Positions 60,022 through 64,000 of a stretch of DNA of 64,000 nt are shown here, piece by piece (within the stretch, counting starts at the first letter, position 1; every line of letters begins with the position of its first letter). The notes below the pieces were generated by a model, which saw nothing but the letters and a program-made list of their open reading frames with translations, was not told the origin of the DNA and did not search any database. The position numbers and the translations under genes are program-made. The stretch covers positions 33,368-97,367 of the IMG/VR virus record IMGVR_UViG_3300013132_000034. One strand, written 5' to 3'. Source of the stretch: a virus.

Positions 60022-60426
60022 GTGAAGTCTTTTCTAAGGTATTACCAAGAGAAAACTATACTTAGTCTTATAGATAATATTGACTTAGAGGGTGTTGGTA
60101 CTGTTAAGTGTATGGCAGATTCAGGTAATAGCGCATATAATGTATTAGATGGAAGAGAAGTAGAATTAAAAGATAATAAAGTTTCATTTTTTACGACAGA
60201 TAGAAACATTAAAATGGTAAAGGATGTATTTGACACTATAACAATTCATATTGGTTCCGGTGTAAATGAAAAACGACCTGTTGTAAAATTTAATATTATT
60301 TTTAATGGAAGAAGATATTATAACGTACCATTTTCGATAGCTGATAGAAGCAAAAATGAAACTGATGTATTGTTAGGAAGAGAATTCTTATCAAAATTAG
60401 ATGCATTAATAGATGTTAATTCCTGA
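60022..60426 (+). CDS. Retropepsin-like aspartic protease (RimK-associated 'Zn protease' family)
   Basis: ADSGN catalytic D-S-G, KRPVV, FSIADRS, VLLGREFL; GTG 60022 is 5 nt after TAAATA. Confidence 0.8.
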   Translation: MKSFLRYYQEKTILSLIDNIDLEGVGTVKCMADSGNSAYNVLDGREVELKDNKVSFFTTDRNIKMVKDVFDTITIHIGSGVNEKRPVVKFNIIFNGRRYYNVPFSIADRSKNETDVLLGREFLSKLDALIDVNS

Positions 60427-60428
60427 TA

Positions 60429-63400
60429 ATGAATATTATTTTTCCTAATATACCGCCTTACAGCAACTATAATTTTGTTGTTATAGGTGGAGTTACGTAT
60501 TATAATACTACTGCAAAATCTATTTTACAACAAGGTAATTTTAATAATGTAAATGTTGTTTCAATAACACCAACAGCAACCCCATCTAATACACCTACCT
60601 TTACTATTACACCAACAAATACAATTACAAATACAAAAACACCAACCTCTACACCTACTAATACTAATACAAGCACAAAAACTAACACACCAACTAGCAC
60701 GGTGACACATACAAGCACTACAACACCAACAAATACCCCTACACTTACTTACACAACAACTCCAACAATAACTTTAACTGTCAATTTCACACCTTCACCA
60801 ACATCAACATCAACAAATACACCTACACCAACAAATACACCATCCTTTACACCAACGCAAACAAAAACACCACAAAAAACACCGACAAAAACAAGAACAC
60901 CAACATTAACACCAACAAATACAACTACAAATACAAAAACACCAACCACTACACCATCGTTAACTTCAACCATAATGTCAACGTTTATATGTGTTTCAGG
61001 TGCAGGAAATCAAATATTTAACGGATCTTTTGGTCCCCTATATTATGACAGTGGTGTGTGGATTTATGAAAGTGTAATAGCGCCTGGACTATCGGGTGCA
61101 TATGCATTGTCCCCAGCCCTGCCAAATAGTACATGGGCATTTTATATTTTTAAGAATGAACCACCATTTGAAACAGATATTATATATCAAAATGCTACGC
61201 AAGGTGAAATGATACCTTCGACCGGGTGGGTTGCAGTTAATAGCGTTAATGATCCAGCGCCAGAAATATATCAGGGATTATGCACTCCGACTTTAACATT
61301 AACACCTACTGAAACTCCTACAACAACACCTACTGTTACAAACACTGTATCAAATGGAACAACTCCGTCGGTTACACCTACTCAAACACCAACACCTACT
61401 CTTACACCAACAATTCCTGAAACACCTACCCTCACACCAACAAACACAATTACTACTACACAAACACCTACCTTTACTATTACAGAAACACCTACTAATA
61501 CATTAACCAATACAATTACTCAAACACCTACTCAAACACCAACACCTACTCTTACACCAACAAACACAATTACTACTACACAAACACCCACTTTTACTAA
61601 TACCTCAACACCAACTATAACCATGACACATACAGGCTTATCAAACAATTTATGTGTTGAAGGAGCGGGTATTAACTTGTTTAATGGAACTTATAATTTA
61701 ATTCAAGGACCAAGCTATTATGTTTATGAAGGTCCTCTAATCCCTGGAGTTTCGGGAGTGTATGCATTCTGGCCTAAGACAAGCCCGGAGCAGGCATGGA
61801 ATTTCTATATTTACAGAGACTACCCCCCATATTTTACACAACTAATATATACAAACCCAATTAGCGGTAATATAATTCCACAGACAGGTTGGGCCGCGGT
61901 AACTGTAAATGCAATACCACCGATGTCAAGTGTTATAGCTAGTGCTTGTTTTCCAACTCCTACTTTAACACCAACAAACACAATTACTACTACACAAACA
62001 CCTACCTTTACTATTACAGAAACACCTACTAATACATTAACCAATACAATTACTCAAACACCTACCTTTACTATTACACCAACAATTACTAATACAATTA
62101 CTCAAACACCTACCCTCACACCAACAATTCCTGAAACACCTACCCTCACACCAACATTTACACAAACCCCATCAATAACTCCAACCACAACAATCTCACC
62201 CACACAGACTCCTTCCACTACTAAGCCTCAATATTTGTTTTATAATTCTGAAGGTGAAATAAAGAATGTTAATAATAGTTCGTACCCAAGCTATTTAGTA
62301 ATTTCAACAGCAGTATTAAATTTTAGTGCATCAATTGATAATCATATATTAGGGTTTACAAATTATTTTGATGTAAACAATTTTAACAATTGTTATGTCG
62401 AACTTTCTTATAATACCTCAGAATTATCAGCCAATAAAACAACAATATATATTACAGACTCTTGTGAAATTTCATCGTATGAAAATAATTTCTATACATT
62501 TCTGTATTCTAATACTGGGTCATTATTGTTAGGTATTGCGCTTGCAGATGTAGATTTACCGCCAATAGATCAAATACCGCCAACACCCACATTTACACCG
62601 ACAAATGAACCGACACCAACATTTACTCCTACTGCATCTTATACTCCTTCAGTAACTATAACACAAACTTCAACAATTACACAATCAGTAACACTTACTC
62701 GTTCTGTTACACCCACAATAACACCAACCAGCAATACACCTACTCCAACACCTACTCAAACTATTACAAATACATCTACCCCAACAAACACACCTACACA
62801 AACTATTACTCAAACTCCAACACAGACCAATACACCAACACAGACTACAACCCCAACACAAACAATTACTCAAACTCCAACACAGACTCAGTATACGTTT
62901 TTAAGTATAGATTCGAATAGCTTATTAGTTCAAAATATAACTTCTGTTTTTAACTGTAATGGTTATAATGGTAAAGGCATAATTTATTACCCTATTAGCG
63001 ATACAATTCCATTTGCAGGAAAATTTACAGATTCTAATTTTATTAGTTGGGATGTTTATTATAATCCTCCTCTCTCATCATTTAATTTACCTAACTCAAC
63101 AATCACTTCATGTAAGCTAAAATATATTAATTTTGTAGGGTGGGAAATTATTATGACAATATCAAGAGTATGTGATGATAATATAGGTGGTTTTTCTGTA
63201 TTTGCTGAAAACGATCTTCAAACCTCTGCATTCGGTATACCTGCAAACAAATGGAGAGGCCGTGATATTGATAATACGTATTTAGGAGATTTATTGATCA
63301 TACCAAACACACCTTCTATAACACAAACACCTACACAGACCAATACCCCAACCGTAACTCCTTCTGTAACTCCTACTAATACTGTCACACCTTCTATTAC

Positions 63401-64000
63401 TCCTACAGAAACAGTAACACCATCTGTTACTCCAACTATTACACCAACACTTACTATTACACCTACTGAAACAGAAACTCCTACTCCTACCCCAACTGCT
63501 TCTGTAACCCCTACAATTACTGCTTCTATCACCCCTACTGAAACTGTAACTCCTACGATTACTATTACACCTTCAATTACTCCAACAATTTCAGTAACAC
63601 CAACAATTACTCCTACACCTACAGAGACACCAACCAACACACCTACAGAAACTCCAACATCTACACAAACCAGAACACCTACTCCTACCCCTACAACCAC
63701 AAATCCAGTATATACTATTTGGAATGAAAGCATAAACGGACCTCTTTCTAATTCTGCAGGCTCGCCAACTGTTGTAACTTTAAATAACGGTAACGGCTTA
63801 GTTATTGCTTCTGTAGTAGGCGGCGGCCCTGGAAATAATGATTACTTTACGTTCACTGTAGGGAATAATCAAATATTAAATAAAATTCTTCTTAGAAGTT
63901 ACAGTTCTTCTGATAATGTTGCTTGGTTGGGTATTCAATCTGGTTCTGCATGGACTGCAGGAAATAATCCTGGCTTAATGTTAGCTCAACAACATTTTGG
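60429..64000 (+). CDS. Partial large mucin-like Thr/Pro-rich modular adhesin/tail-fibre protein
   Basis: Not in the ORF track because it has no stop before the window end; frame checked at 60429, 60963, 61650 and 63903; PT tracts separate globular domains. Confidence 0.8.
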   Translation, partial: MNIIFPNIPPYSNYNFVVIGGVTYYNTTAKSILQQGNFNNVNVVSITPTATPSNTPTFTITPTNTITNTKTPTSTPTNTNTSTKTNTPTSTVTHTSTTTPTNTPTLTYTTTPTITLTVNFTPSPTSTSTNTPTPTNTPSFTPTQTKTPQKTPTKTRTPTLTPTNTTTNTKTPTTTPSLTSTIMSTFICVSGAGNQIFNGSFGPLYYDSGVWIYESVIAPGLSGAYALSPALPNSTWAFYIFKNEPPFETDIIYQNATQGEMIPSTGWVAVNSVNDPAPEIYQGLCTPTLTLTPTETPTTTPTVTNTVSNGTTPSVTPTQTPTPTLTPTIPETPTLTPTNTITTTQTPTFTITETPTNTLTNTITQTPTQTPTPTLTPTNTITTTQTPTFTNTSTPTITMTHTGLSNNLCVEGAGINLFNGTYNLIQGPSYYVYEGPLIPGVSGVYAFWPKTSPEQAWNFYIYRDYPPYFTQLIYTNPISGNIIPQTGWAAVTVNAIPPMSSVIASACFPTPTLTPTNTITTTQTPTFTITETPTNTLTNTITQTPTFTITPTITNTITQTPTLTPTIPETPTLTPTFTQTPSITPTTTISPTQTPSTTKPQYLFYNSEGEIKNVNNSSYPSYLVISTAVLNFSASIDNHILGFTNYFDVNNFNNCYVELSYNTSELSANKTTIYITDSCEISSYENNFYTFLYSNTGSLLLGIALADVDLPPIDQIPPTPTFTPTNEPTPTFTPTASYTPSVTITQTSTITQSVTLTRSVTPTITPTSNTPTPTPTQTITNTSTPTNTPTQTITQTPTQTNTPTQTTTPTQTITQTPTQTQYTFLSIDSNSLLVQNITSVFNCNGYNGKGIIYYPISDTIPFAGKFTDSNFISWDVYYNPPLSSFNLPNSTITSCKLKYINFVGWEIIMTISRVCDDNIGGFSVFAENDLQTSAFGIPANKWRGRDIDNTYLGDLLIIPNTPSITQTPTQTNTPTVTPSVTPTNTVTPSITPTETVTPSVTPTITPTLTITPTETETPTPTPTASVTPTITASITPTETVTPTITITPSITPTISVTPTITPTPTETPTNTPTETPTSTQTRTPTPTPTTTNPVYTIWNESINGPLSNSAGSPTVVTLNNGNGLVIASVVGGGPGNNDYFTFTVGNNQILNKILLRSYSSSDNVAWLGIQSGSAWTAGNNPGLMLAQQHF
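61434..62065 (+). repeat. 98-bp perfect direct repeat (61434-61531 and 61968-62065)
   Basis: Identical acaccaacaaacacaattactactac...actcaaacacctac copies, offset 534 bp (in frame). Confidence 0.85.

Noticed and set aside
60550-63700. CRISPR array or diversity-generating retroelement in the repeat-rich region
   Set aside because: The repeats are in-frame PT-coding units without a repeat-spacer period; no adenine-specific TR/VR pair and no reverse transcriptase is seen in the window.
60500-63733. Val/Gly-rich minus-strand ORFs
   Set aside because: Antisense shadows of the Thr/Pro codons of the long plus-strand gene.
1-64000. Giant eukaryotic virus or archaeal origin (RFC-like, PolB, NRS/ER)
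   Set aside because: Contractile tail, gp17, gp55, gp32, UvsX/W/Y, sigma70-type promoters and bS21 all indicate a T4-like bacteriophage.
1-64000. tRNA, rRNA or structured ncRNA genes
   Set aside because: Intergenic gaps are nearly all under about 60 nt and AT-rich; no cloverleaf or T-loop motif was recognised by eye (a tRNAscan/Infernal run would be definitive).

Overview
A 64-kb, very AT-rich, gene-dense segment of a large T4-like myophage (standard genetic code). Left part: minus-strand tail and baseplate genes (Pro/Thr-rich lectin and beta-propeller adhesins, gp7-like, gp6, gp25, hub, gp53, gp48, tape-measure-like, gp26-like, gp54-like, tube gp19, sheath gp18, gp3-like, terminase gp17). 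Middle: a minus-strand replication/recombination block (gp44, dUTPase, primase, clamp, gp32, helicase, UvsX, PolB gp43, gp46/47, late sigma gp55, UvsW, UvsY). It also carries ribosomal protein bS21, a degenerate DHH protein, a QueC + glutamine amidotransferase + glycosyltransferase cluster, a second glycosyltransferase and an NRS/ER-type rhamnose synthase. Right part: mostly plus-strand late genes with T4 capsid-targeting-like N-termini and a long mucin-like adhesin running off the window. The most striking signal is regulatory. Ten sigma70-type promoters (TTGwww-N16-TAnnnT) and about 22 gp55-type TAAATA boxes sit almost exactly 5-7 nt upstream of start codons, and most other genes are stop/start coupled. 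This suggests an essentially leaderless, Shine-Dalgarno-free expression programme that co-occurs with a phage-encoded bS21. Two otherwise intact genes (gp6 and 29015-29986) carry single in-frame stops. All protein assignments are from motif recognition by eye; no database searches were run.
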